Assembly: GCA_031119205.1 (NCBI GenBank)
Contig: JAVHYF010000010.1
Location: 49,371-113,370 of the forward strand
Length of the DNA stretch: 64,000 nucleotides
Source: Moraxellaceae bacterium
GTDB lineage: Bacteria; Pseudomonadota; Gammaproteobacteria; Burkholderiales; Rhodocyclaceae
Direction: 5' to 3'
The position numbers and the translations under genes are program-made. Numbering within the stretch: position 1 is the stretch's first letter; each line of letters begins with the position of its first letter. The notes under the pieces were generated by a model that saw only the letters and a list, made by a program, of their open reading frames with translations, made no database searches and was not told where the DNA came from. Below, one piece after another: positions 56,681 through 64,000 of the stretch.

Positions 56681-58840
56681 TTACTGTGCGGGGATTGCGT
56701 CGTCGGGAACCAGACGCACGTTGCGCTCGCCGACCAGCATCAGGCTACGGGTTGCTGGATTGAACGCCAGACTGCGGAAATGTCTTTGCGTGTGGGTGGC
56801 GATGGCCTGCCAGGTCACTCCGCTGTCCTCGCTGCGCAGCAGGACACCACCACGGCCGGTGAGCAGGAGGTTGCGGGTGCCGGGTTCCACGGCACTGCTG
56901 CGCAACTCCTCCTGCGTACCGCTTTCCACGCGCTGCCAGCTCTGGCCCTGATCGGTCGAGCGCATGATCAGGCCACCTTCGCCGAAAGCGACGAGCGCCT
57001 GCGTCTTCGGGTCGGTGAGCATGCGTCGCAAGCCATGTTCGCCACCGCTCCCGACGCTCTGCCAGCTACGCCCCTGGTCGGTGGAGCGCAGGATGGTGCC
57101 GCGCTGGCCCACTGCGAAGACGTGCTTCGATGCCGGATCGAAGTGGCTTCCGTAGAGGCCCTGGTCGGTGCCGCTCGCGACAAGCTGCCACTGTTTGCTA
57201 CGCGGTTCGCCGCGGACGATGACGCCAGTGTTTCCGGTGATCACGACGCTGCCATCGTCCAGCGCGCTACCGTGCCATAGCTCGCGGCTGCCGGCATCGA
57301 CGCGTTGCTCCTGCCAGCTCTTGCCGTCGTCGGTGGACACCTTCAGGCCACCGAAGACCTCGACCGCGACGGTCGTCTTGTGAGCCGGATCGGGGACCAG
57401 ATGCACCAGTGCTTCGCCTTTCTCGAAAGGCACTGCGAGCGTGACCTGCCAGCTGCGTCCTTGATCCGTAGAGCGCAGGATCGTGCCGGGTGGGCCGGCT
57501 GCCAGCAGGGCTTTCCCGCCCGGACTGGTCACAAGCGCGCGGTAGCTCGGCGGCGTGTTTTCGTTGGGGTAACGCAGGCGCAGCGCCTCCCAGTCGTTGC
57601 CGTCATTGCCGGCGAGATACATCGTGCCGACCTGACCTGCCGTGACGAAACTCTTGCCGTCGGGCGTCGCGATGACTTCGCGCTGGTAGTCGGACAGGCG
57701 CGGCGACAACGCTGCCCAGGTCTTGCCTGCATCCTGCGATGCGTGGAGATGGCCCCCGTCGCCGAGCAGGGCAACCGTGCCTCGCTTCGGATCGTAGAGC
57801 ATGTCCTGGAAATTGCCGGTGCCGCCTGCTGCCATGGCCGCCACCCAGTTGCGGCCGCCGTCGGATGAGCGCAGCAGGGTGCCGTGGTGGCCGGTGGCGA
57901 TCAGGCTCTTGCTGCGCGGATCGAAGTGCACGCGGCTCAGGTAGTTCTTGCTGCCGTGAAAGGGGGCGTCGATCAGGCGCCAGCTCTCGCCGTCGTCCGC
58001 CGATACGGCAACCTCACCGGTGTGGCCAGTCAGTACGATGGTCTTGTGCTCGGGATCCCGGATGCTGTCCGTGAAGAAGGCCAGCGTCGGCAGTTGCAGC
58101 AGGTTCCAGTTGTCGCCCTTGTCCCGCGATACGTAGAAGCGTCCGCGTGCGCTGGTGGCGATCAGTGTGTCGCCGTGGCGGTAGAACGCGGTGATCGGTG
58201 TGTCGATGCCCAGCGAGACGACGGCCCAGTTCTCGCCACCATCCTCGGAGCGGCCCAGCATGCCATCCGGTCCGCCCAGCCACAGGCGCTGGCTGGCGGG
58301 GTCTGCGTACACGCTCTCCAGCTTCAGTGGCTGGCCGGCCTTCTGCGAACTCCAGGTCTTGCCGTCGTCTCGGGAATGCAGGATGACGCCTTGTGTGCCG
58401 ACTGCGATCCAGCTCTTCGTACGTGCATCGTAGGTCAGAGCCAGGAGGTCGGACTCCATCGCGTCATGCTTGCTCTGTGCCCAGGTGCGGCCCTGGTCTT
58501 CCGATCGCAGGATGGTGCCGGCGGCACCGACGATGATGATCACTTCGCCGTTGTTGGCGCCGCGCGTGAGGTCTGCGGTGGCAGGGGAATCCGCCTGTTG
58601 CCATTGCTGGTTGTCGGTGGATCGCAGGATGGTGCCGTCACTTCCCCAGGCGATGGAAATGGCACCGTCATTGATCGACAGGCCGCGAGCGAGGCTGGGA
58701 TTGATCACCTCTGCACGATAGGTGGGGGTTGCGCGCGGTGCTTCGGCGCCGCGGCAGCCTGCGAGGGCAAGGCCCGATAACAGGGCGGCAGTCAGGGCCC
58801 ATGTGCGCATGCGCAGGCGCCCGGTGGTGCGCTGGTTCAT
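56681..58840 (-). CDS. Asp-box (BNR/YCF48-like) beta-propeller lipoprotein
   Basis: Lipobox LALAGC; 15 GxxGxIxRSxDxGxxW-type repeats plus terminal GERNVR; SD GGAGG before ATG 58840. Confidence 0.85.
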   Translation of the reverse strand: MNQRTTGRLRMRTWALTAALLSGLALAGCRGAEAPRATPTYRAEVINPSLARGLSINDGAISIAWGSDGTILRSTDNQQWQQADSPATADLTRGANNGEVIIIVGAAGTILRSEDQGRTWAQSKHDAMESDLLALTYDARTKSWIAVGTQGVILHSRDDGKTWSSQKAGQPLKLESVYADPASQRLWLGGPDGMLGRSEDGGENWAVVSLGIDTPITAFYRHGDTLIATSARGRFYVSRDKGDNWNLLQLPTLAFFTDSIRDPEHKTIVLTGHTGEVAVSADDGESWRLIDAPFHGSKNYLSRVHFDPRSKSLIATGHHGTLLRSSDGGRNWVAAMAAGGTGNFQDMLYDPKRGTVALLGDGGHLHASQDAGKTWAALSPRLSDYQREVIATPDGKSFVTAGQVGTMYLAGNDGNDWEALRLRYPNENTPPSYRALVTSPGGKALLAAGPPGTILRSTDQGRSWQVTLAVPFEKGEALVHLVPDPAHKTTVAVEVFGGLKVSTDDGKSWQEQRVDAGSRELWHGSALDDGSVVITGNTGVIVRGEPRSKQWQLVASGTDQGLYGSHFDPASKHVFAVGQRGTILRSTDQGRSWQSVGSGGEHGLRRMLTDPKTQALVAFGEGGLIMRSTDQGQSWQRVESGTQEELRSSAVEPGTRNLLLTGRGGVLLRSEDSGVTWQAIATHTQRHFRSLAFNPATRSLMLVGERNVRLVPDDAIPAQ

Positions 58841-58968
58841 CGTGTCTCCTCCGAAGTTCCGGCTGATTGCACGCGCGTCATGGCGGCGTGTCGTGTGATC
58901 GATGGATTGTGCCTGCAACGCAGCGCAGCAAGTGCACCGCAGGGCAGGGATGGTTAGTGCCTTGCGGC

Positions 58969-58997
58969 TTGACCTTTCAGGTTTGTCAGACCAATCT
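58969..58997 (+). promoter_or_regulatory. Candidate promoter for the PL1 lyase with overlapping palindrome
   Basis: TTGACC-N17-CAATCT; near-palindrome TTTGTCAGACCAA at 58982-58994. Confidence 0.55.
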
Positions 58998-59109
58998 GCC
59001 GGAGGCGGAATCATGCGGGCTGGACACAGCCAGATGCCTGTAAATCACGGCGTTTCTGCAGATTTTGTCGAATCGCATCACCATAAAAAAACTACTGAGG
59101 AGACATTTC

Positions 59110-60570
59110 ATGAGATCCACGCAGCTTGCGTTGGGCGGCGTATTGCTTGCCGCCCTGACTTGCGTCGCAACGTCAGCCACAGCCGCCAACCGGCCGGCCG
59201 GTTACGTCACCCTGTGTACCGAGAACAAGACCTGCTCGGTGGCGCAGACCACCAACGTGGCCTTCGGCCGCGCCGACAAGTTCTTCTACAAGAGCCTCGC
59301 CGGCAGCTTCGTCTGCAACGAGGCGACCTTCGGTGGCCGCACCGCTGGTGGTGTCAATGAATGCTCGGTGCCGGGCAGCTCCGGCGGCTCGTCGAGCAGT
59401 TCGTCCAGTTCCTCTTCGTCCAGCTCTTCTTCCTCAAGTTCCTCGTCGAGCTCGTCCTCCAGCTCCAGCAGTTCTTCGAGCTCATCATCGTCGAGCAGTT
59501 CGTCTTCCAGCAGCACGTCGAGTTCCTCGTCCTCCAGTACTTCGTCCTCGAGTGGCACGGGTTCGTCGTCGTCGAGCAGCTCGTCTTCCGGTAACGGTTC
59601 GTCGAGTGGCAATGCTGCGGGCGTGGAAGGCTTCGCTTCGCTGAACCGCGACGGCCGCAACGGCACGAACGGTGGTGCAGGCGGACCGGAAGTGGTGGTC
59701 ACCAACTTCCAGCAGTTCGTGGCTGCGGTGAGCGACCACTCCCCGCGCGTGGTGCGCGTGTCCGGCACGATCCGCGCGGAAGGTGGTGCGGTGATGGTGA
59801 ACGTCGGCTCCAACAAGAGCATCCTGGGTAGCGGCACCAACGCGACCATCGATGGCTTCGGTCTGAACATCAGCGGCTGGTGGCCGGAGCATGTGACGCA
59901 GTTCAAGTCCGACTGGTGCGAGGCCAAGCATGCCGGCCTGTTCACGTACACGCAGAACGTGATCGTGCGCAACCTGACGATCCAGAACTACGGTGACGAT
60001 GGCATCAACGTGGCCTGCTGGTCGCACCACATCTGGCTGGACCACAACACCATCCTGCCGGGTGCGGATGGCGCGCTGGACATCAAGCGCGGGTCGGACT
60101 GGGTGACGGTGTCGTGGAACAAGATCATGAACACCGACAAGACCATGCTGCTGGGTCACGATGACAGCAACTCGGCGCAGGACACCGGCAAGCTGCACGT
60201 CACCTACCATCACAACTGGTTGCAGAACACCACGCAGCGCCACCCGCGTGTGCGCTTCGGCCAGGCCCACGTGTACAACAACTGGGCGGACGGGACGAAG
60301 AACTACTTCATCGGCTCCAGCCTGCAGTCGGACATCTATGCCGATGGCAACTACCTCAACATGAACGGCTTCGCCACGCAGGAGCAGGGCAGCGCTTCAG
60401 GCAAGCTGACCTGGGATGCCAGCAACCTGATCATCAAAGCCAAGGCACCGGAAGTGAACACGGGTGATGCCTTCAACCCGCGTAGCTATTACAGCTACAC
60501 GCTGGATCCGGCGGCCAACATCCCGGCGATCCTGACGGCAGGCGCAGGCGCAGGGAAAATCGCGCCCTGA
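59110..60570 (+). CDS. Secreted PL1 pectate lyase: 4-Cys module, long poly-Ser linker, catalytic domain
   Basis: Signal peptide ending SATA; GTNGGAGG, NVIVRNL, IWLDHN, DGALDIKRGSD, RHPRVRFG; SD GAGGAG. Confidence 0.92.
   Translation: MRSTQLALGGVLLAALTCVATSATAANRPAGYVTLCTENKTCSVAQTTNVAFGRADKFFYKSLAGSFVCNEATFGGRTAGGVNECSVPGSSGGSSSSSSSSSSSSSSSSSSSSSSSSSSSSSSSSSSSSSSSSSSTSSSSSSSTSSSSGTGSSSSSSSSSGNGSSSGNAAGVEGFASLNRDGRNGTNGGAGGPEVVVTNFQQFVAAVSDHSPRVVRVSGTIRAEGGAVMVNVGSNKSILGSGTNATIDGFGLNISGWWPEHVTQFKSDWCEAKHAGLFTYTQNVIVRNLTIQNYGDDGINVACWSHHIWLDHNTILPGADGALDIKRGSDWVTVSWNKIMNTDKTMLLGHDDSNSAQDTGKLHVTYHHNWLQNTTQRHPRVRFGQAHVYNNWADGTKNYFIGSSLQSDIYADGNYLNMNGFATQEQGSASGKLTWDASNLIIKAKAPEVNTGDAFNPRSYYSYTLDPAANIPAILTAGAGAGKIAP
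59377..59607 (+). repeat. Poly-serine linker coding tract (about 77 codons)
   Basis: Mixed TCG/TCC/TCT/TCA/AGC/AGT codons. Confidence 0.9.
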
Positions 60571-60592
60571 TACCGACCTGCAGTACAGCAAC

Positions 60593-60626
60593 AAAAAAGA
60601 ACCCGCCATCTGGCGGGTTCTTTTTT
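60593..60626. terminator. Bidirectional intrinsic terminator
   Basis: AAAAAAGAACCCGCCA-TC-TGGCGGGTTCTTTTTT between convergent genes. Confidence 0.88.
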
Positions 60627-60629
60627 GGT

Positions 60630-62720
60630 TCAGCGCCTGGCTGGTGCGAGCTCGATGCGTAGCAGGCGCTCGCCGTAGGCCAGCACGATGTTGCCGTCAT
60701 CCAGTTCGAAGAGCCCCTTCAGATGTCCGGTGGTGCGCGTCGGCAGCCGCTGCCAGCTCAGGCCGCCATCGTCCGAGCGCAGCAGGACGCCGGAGCGACC
60801 CGGCACGAGGATAACGGCCTTGTGCGTCACCAGCGGCTTGCGCAGGCCTTCGTCCGTCCCGCTGCCCGGCCATGCCCAGCTCGCGCCGCCGTCTGTCGAG
60901 CGGAGCAGTGCGCCTTTGTCGCCGGTGACGATCAGCGCCTTGTGGCTGGCGCTGTAGCTGATGTGGCGCAGCGTCGCTTCGGTGCCGCTGTCGAGGCGTC
61001 GCCAGTTGCTGCCGTCTTCCGAGCGCAGGATGGCGCCGGCCGCGCCGACGGCGAAGAAGGCCTTCAGATCGGGGATGAAACTCACGCCGTGAAGCGCCGC
61101 CTTCACGCCGCTGTCGGCGGCTTTCCATTGACGGCCATCAGGGCTGGTCTGGATGACGCCATCGCGCCCGACTGCGACGAAGCGGCCATTGAGCCGGCTG
61201 GCATCCGCGTCGTACAGGTGCGGCTCGGTGCGTGCATCGGTGGGCAGCCAGGTGCGTCCGCCGTCCACCGAGCGCATCACCGTGCCCGGACTGGCCAGGG
61301 CCAGCAGCACGCCGTTGCGCCTGTCCTCGACGAGCTTCTGGAAATTGCCTTGTGCCGCGCGATTGATCTCCAGGCGCCGGCTCCACACCGAGGCATCACC
61401 TTCGGCGCGGATGATCGTGCCGGGTGGTCCGCCCGCGACGACGGCGCCGGATTTCGGGTCCTGCACGGCGCTCAGCAGATACACGTCATGCCCCAGCCCG
61501 ATGGGCTGCGGCGTCCACTGGCGGCCGTTGTCGGTTGAGCGCATGACCCAGCCATTGGCACCTACGCTCACCAGAGTGCGGCCGTCGGCGGCGAGGCTGA
61601 TGTCGTGCACGTAGGAATGGATGGCTTGCTGCAGGGTGCTCCAGCTGTTGCCGCCATCGGTCGAACGCATGATCGCGCCGAACTGGCCGAGGGCCAGCAT
61701 GGTTTGATCGCGGACCAGCAGCACGTTGAGCCGGTCCTGCGTCGCGATGGAGATGCGTGTCCAGCTCTGGCCGCCGTCCTGCGAACGACGGATCGCGCCG
61801 GTCTCTCCGGCAGCGAAGACATTCCCGTTGGGTGCGAAAACCAGTTGCTGCACGTACTGGCCGGTGCCGGTTGCATTCTTCTGCCAGCTGCGCCCGCCAT
61901 CGGTGGAGCGAAGCACATCGCCCTGCGCGGTGCCGATCAGCAGCAGTTTGCGCGCGGGATCGAAAGCCACCGCGCCGAGGTAGGCAGTGGCGCCGGTGTC
62001 GATGCGTTGCCAGCTCTGTCCGTCATCGTTGCTGGCGAGCACCTGTCCGTCGCCGCCCAGTGCGAGCGTGCGGCGGAATGCGGGCAGATGGATCAGCCCG
62101 GTCATCGTTGCCGTGCTGCCGCTCTTGACGGCGCGCCAGCGCTTGCCGTCGTCGCTGGAGCGCAGCAGCGTTCCCTCGTCGCCAGCCGCCAGCCAGGTAC
62201 CGCCGGGCAGGGCCAGGATGTGGCCAAGTGGCTTGGTGGCAGGGGCGTCGACGCGGCTCCAGCTGGCGCCCTGGTCGGTCGAACGCAGCAGGCTGTTTTC
62301 GCCGACGGCGATCCAGCTCCGGCTGCGAGGGGATTGGGCCAGCATGCGTGCCCGCGTATCCGGTGGGGTGGCCTGAAGCTTCCAGCTTGAACCTGCATCA
62401 GTCGAGCGCAATACGCCGCCGGCGGCGCCAGCGGCGAGCAGGGTGCCGGTGCTCTCGTCGCGCGCGAACTGCAGTATCGCTTCGGACACGGGCGCGTCCG
62501 GCAAGCTGGCCTGCCAATGCAGGCCATCGTCACCGCTGCGCAGGATGCTGCCGTCGGTTCCGCCCAGCAGGAGCGGGCCGGGAGCGGGCAGCGCCATCTG
62601 GGTGAACAGCACGGCATTGACGACCGTGCGTCCGGCGAACGGGGTTTCCGTTGCGCGTGACGGCAGCGTGTGAAGGGCAAGGCAGCACAGCGCCAGCTGC
62701 GCAAACAATCGCTTCGACAT
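60630..62720 (-). CDS. Asp-box (BNR/YCF48-like) beta-propeller protein, exported
   Basis: Signal-like N-terminus MSKRLFAQLALCCLALHTLPSRA; 15 Asp-box repeats plus terminal GERLLR; alternative start at 62729. Confidence 0.85.
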   Translation of the reverse strand: MSKRLFAQLALCCLALHTLPSRATETPFAGRTVVNAVLFTQMALPAPGPLLLGGTDGSILRSGDDGLHWQASLPDAPVSEAILQFARDESTGTLLAAGAAGGVLRSTDAGSSWKLQATPPDTRARMLAQSPRSRSWIAVGENSLLRSTDQGASWSRVDAPATKPLGHILALPGGTWLAAGDEGTLLRSSDDGKRWRAVKSGSTATMTGLIHLPAFRRTLALGGDGQVLASNDDGQSWQRIDTGATAYLGAVAFDPARKLLLIGTAQGDVLRSTDGGRSWQKNATGTGQYVQQLVFAPNGNVFAAGETGAIRRSQDGGQSWTRISIATQDRLNVLLVRDQTMLALGQFGAIMRSTDGGNSWSTLQQAIHSYVHDISLAADGRTLVSVGANGWVMRSTDNGRQWTPQPIGLGHDVYLLSAVQDPKSGAVVAGGPPGTIIRAEGDASVWSRRLEINRAAQGNFQKLVEDRRNGVLLALASPGTVMRSVDGGRTWLPTDARTEPHLYDADASRLNGRFVAVGRDGVIQTSPDGRQWKAADSGVKAALHGVSFIPDLKAFFAVGAAGAILRSEDGSNWRRLDSGTEATLRHISYSASHKALIVTGDKGALLRSTDGGASWAWPGSGTDEGLRKPLVTHKAVILVPGRSGVLLRSDDGGLSWQRLPTRTTGHLKGLFELDDGNIVLAYGERLLRIELAPARR

Positions 62721-62795
62721 CCTGGGCATCCGGGAAAGACAGCGGGGGGTGGATACAAGGCGGCAGGCACATCATCCGCCAGGGACGGGCCTGCG

Positions 62796-62833
62796 AAAAG
62801 AAAACCCCCGGATCACGAGGACACGGGGGTTCT
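62796..62833 (-). terminator. Terminator-like hairpin between the second PL3 gene and the propeller gene
   Basis: AACCCCCG / CGGGGGTT stem followed on the minus strand by TTCTTTTC. Confidence 0.6.
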
Positions 62834-62875
62834 GTGCTGCAGACGGAGCGGCCAGGCCGCTCCGGTGTCACGGCA

Positions 62876-64000
62876 TCAGTATGCCTTCACGTCGCCCGTG
62901 CTGACGTCGCACGAAGCAGAGTTCCACTTCTCACCGATGGTGGAAGAGGAGCCGCCGCCCTTCTGCACGCCCTTGTACTCGACGCAAACCTTCGGGCTGC
63001 CCGACTTGTAGCCCTTGATCAGCAGGTTGCGGATCGTGGCACGGTCGCCGTAGTTGCTGTTCACGCCGATGACCGACGAGGACACCTTTTCCAGCTTGGT
63101 GTTGTTGATGTTGAAGAAGCGCGGACCGCCGTTGCCGGTGCAGTCGCCGCAAGAACGCGACAGCTTGCCGATCGAGCCGGTGGTGGTGAAGTCGTTCACG
63201 TTCAGGGTCGAGTTGATGCCGTTGTTCTGGAACACCTTGTCGTCCGCGTTGGCTGCCGTGCCGCCCTTGATGTTCATCACGGTGCCGACCTGACCGTTGC
63301 CGATCGAGGCTGCGTCTTCACACACTTCTTCCCAGGTCACGTTCTCCAGGTTGCAGGTGCCGCCCTGAACGTTGGTGCCCAGGCCGCTGCCGAGGCTGCC
63401 CCAGCCGCAGTGGATACCGTCGGCGCCACCGCCAGCAGCGATCACCGCGTTCTTCACGGTGCCGTTGATGATGGTCAGCACGGCGGGTTGGGTTTCGCTG
63501 CCGCCCGCGCAGGACAGGCCCAGCTTCTTGCCGCCGCAGTCCACCGTGGTACCGTGGATCAGCGCGCCCGGCTCACAGGTGTTGACCGGACCGGACCAGC
63601 CGGGGATCGGCGTCGTGCCGTTGCCGGACGAGCCCGAGCTGCTCGACGAAGAGCTGGAGCTGCTGGAGGAGGACGAGCTGCTGCTAGACGAAGAGCTGGA
63701 CGAAGAGCTGCTCGACGACGAAGAGGAGGAAGACGACGAAGAGCTGCTGCTCGACGACGAGGAGCCGCCCGAGCTGCTCGAGGCCGTGGAGCACTCGTTC
63801 ACGCCACCGCCGATACGGCCACCGAAGGTGGACTCGGAGCAGGTGAAGCTGCCCGACAGCGTCTTGTAGATGAACTGGTCAGCGCGGCCGAAAGCCACGT
63901 TCGTGTTGGCCGGAACCGAGCAGGTGCCCTTGTTTTCGGCGCAGATGGTGACCCAGCCCTTGGGGCGGTTCGCGGCGAAGGCCGATGCGGCCATGGTCGC
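62876..64000 (-). CDS. Secreted PL3 pectate lyase (PelI-like), 5-prime end outside the window
   Basis: ADGIHC, VTWEEVCEDAA, DDKVFQNN, GKLSRSCGDCTGNGGPR; 4-Cys module and poly-Ser linker; frame is open to the window edge. Confidence 0.88.
   Translation of the reverse strand, partial: ATMAASAFAANRPKGWVTICAENKGTCSVPANTNVAFGRADQFIYKTLSGSFTCSESTFGGRIGGGVNECSTASSSSGGSSSSSSSSSSSSSSSSSSSSSSSSSSSSSSSSSSSSSSSSSSSGSSGNGTTPIPGWSGPVNTCEPGALIHGTTVDCGGKKLGLSCAGGSETQPAVLTIINGTVKNAVIAAGGGADGIHCGWGSLGSGLGTNVQGGTCNLENVTWEEVCEDAASIGNGQVGTVMNIKGGTAANADDKVFQNNGINSTLNVNDFTTTGSIGKLSRSCGDCTGNGGPRFFNINNTKLEKVSSSVIGVNSNYGDRATIRNLLIKGYKSGSPKVCVEYKGVQKGGGSSSTIGEKWNSASCDVSTGDVKAY
63626..63782 (-). repeat. Poly-serine linker coding tract
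   Basis: Mixed TCG/TCC/TCT/AGC codons on the minus strand. Confidence 0.9.

Noticed and set aside
58860-58866. Sigma-E -35 (GGAACTT) on the minus strand before propeller A
   Set aside because: No TCAAA-like -10 at 16-nt spacing; that position falls inside the CDS start.
59286-59972. Acidic Glu/Asp/Leu-rich ORFs (also 55358-55633 and 63372-63869)
   Set aside because: They are the reverse complement of the poly-serine tracts.
56681-62720. Calling the propellers GH74 xyloglucanases or sialidases
   Set aside because: Size fits a double propeller, but I see no GH74 catalytic-region motif (such as RTDxGG) or sialidase RIP motif; only generic Asp-boxes.
40216-64000. Genomic island integrated at ffs
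   Set aside because: No integrase and no second copy of the ffs 3-prime end was seen; codon style stays host-like.

Overview
GC-rich betaproteobacterial chromosome segment; gene order and protein sequences suggest Rhodocyclales (inference). About 1-23.7 kb is conserved housekeeping: plsX-fabH-fabD-fabG-acpP-fabF, ygfX-like, nadB, rpoE-rseA-rseB-rseC-degP, lepA-lepB-DUF4845-rnc-era-recO-pdxJ-acpS-nagZ-uvrC-pgsA, rpsO-pnp. About 23.8-53 kb is mixed core and accessory: OmpA lipoprotein, orphan response regulator, glnS, yeaD, tag, Pat acetyltransferase, a REP pair, hrpA, an SPFH protein, SRP RNA, a VOC/RibD-C/ABM/YafY(WYL) cluster with a palindromic candidate operator, YdeP plus an HTH-fused FdhD, a Gfo/Idh/MocA enzyme and a DUF805 fusion. 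The most notable part is 53.2-64 kb, a pectin-degradation locus that runs off the window end. It holds a signal-less PL2 lyase and three exported pectate lyases (PL3, PL1, PL3). The exported lyases share a 4-Cys N-terminal module and poly-serine linkers, and they alternate with two paralogous ~700-aa Asp-box beta-propeller proteins (one a predicted lipoprotein). Two lyase genes have matching TTGAC-N17-CAATCT promoters and GGTCAG-type motifs. No CRISPR array, tRNA, rRNA, transposase or integrase was seen. Family assignments come from motif recognition by eye; no database search was run.
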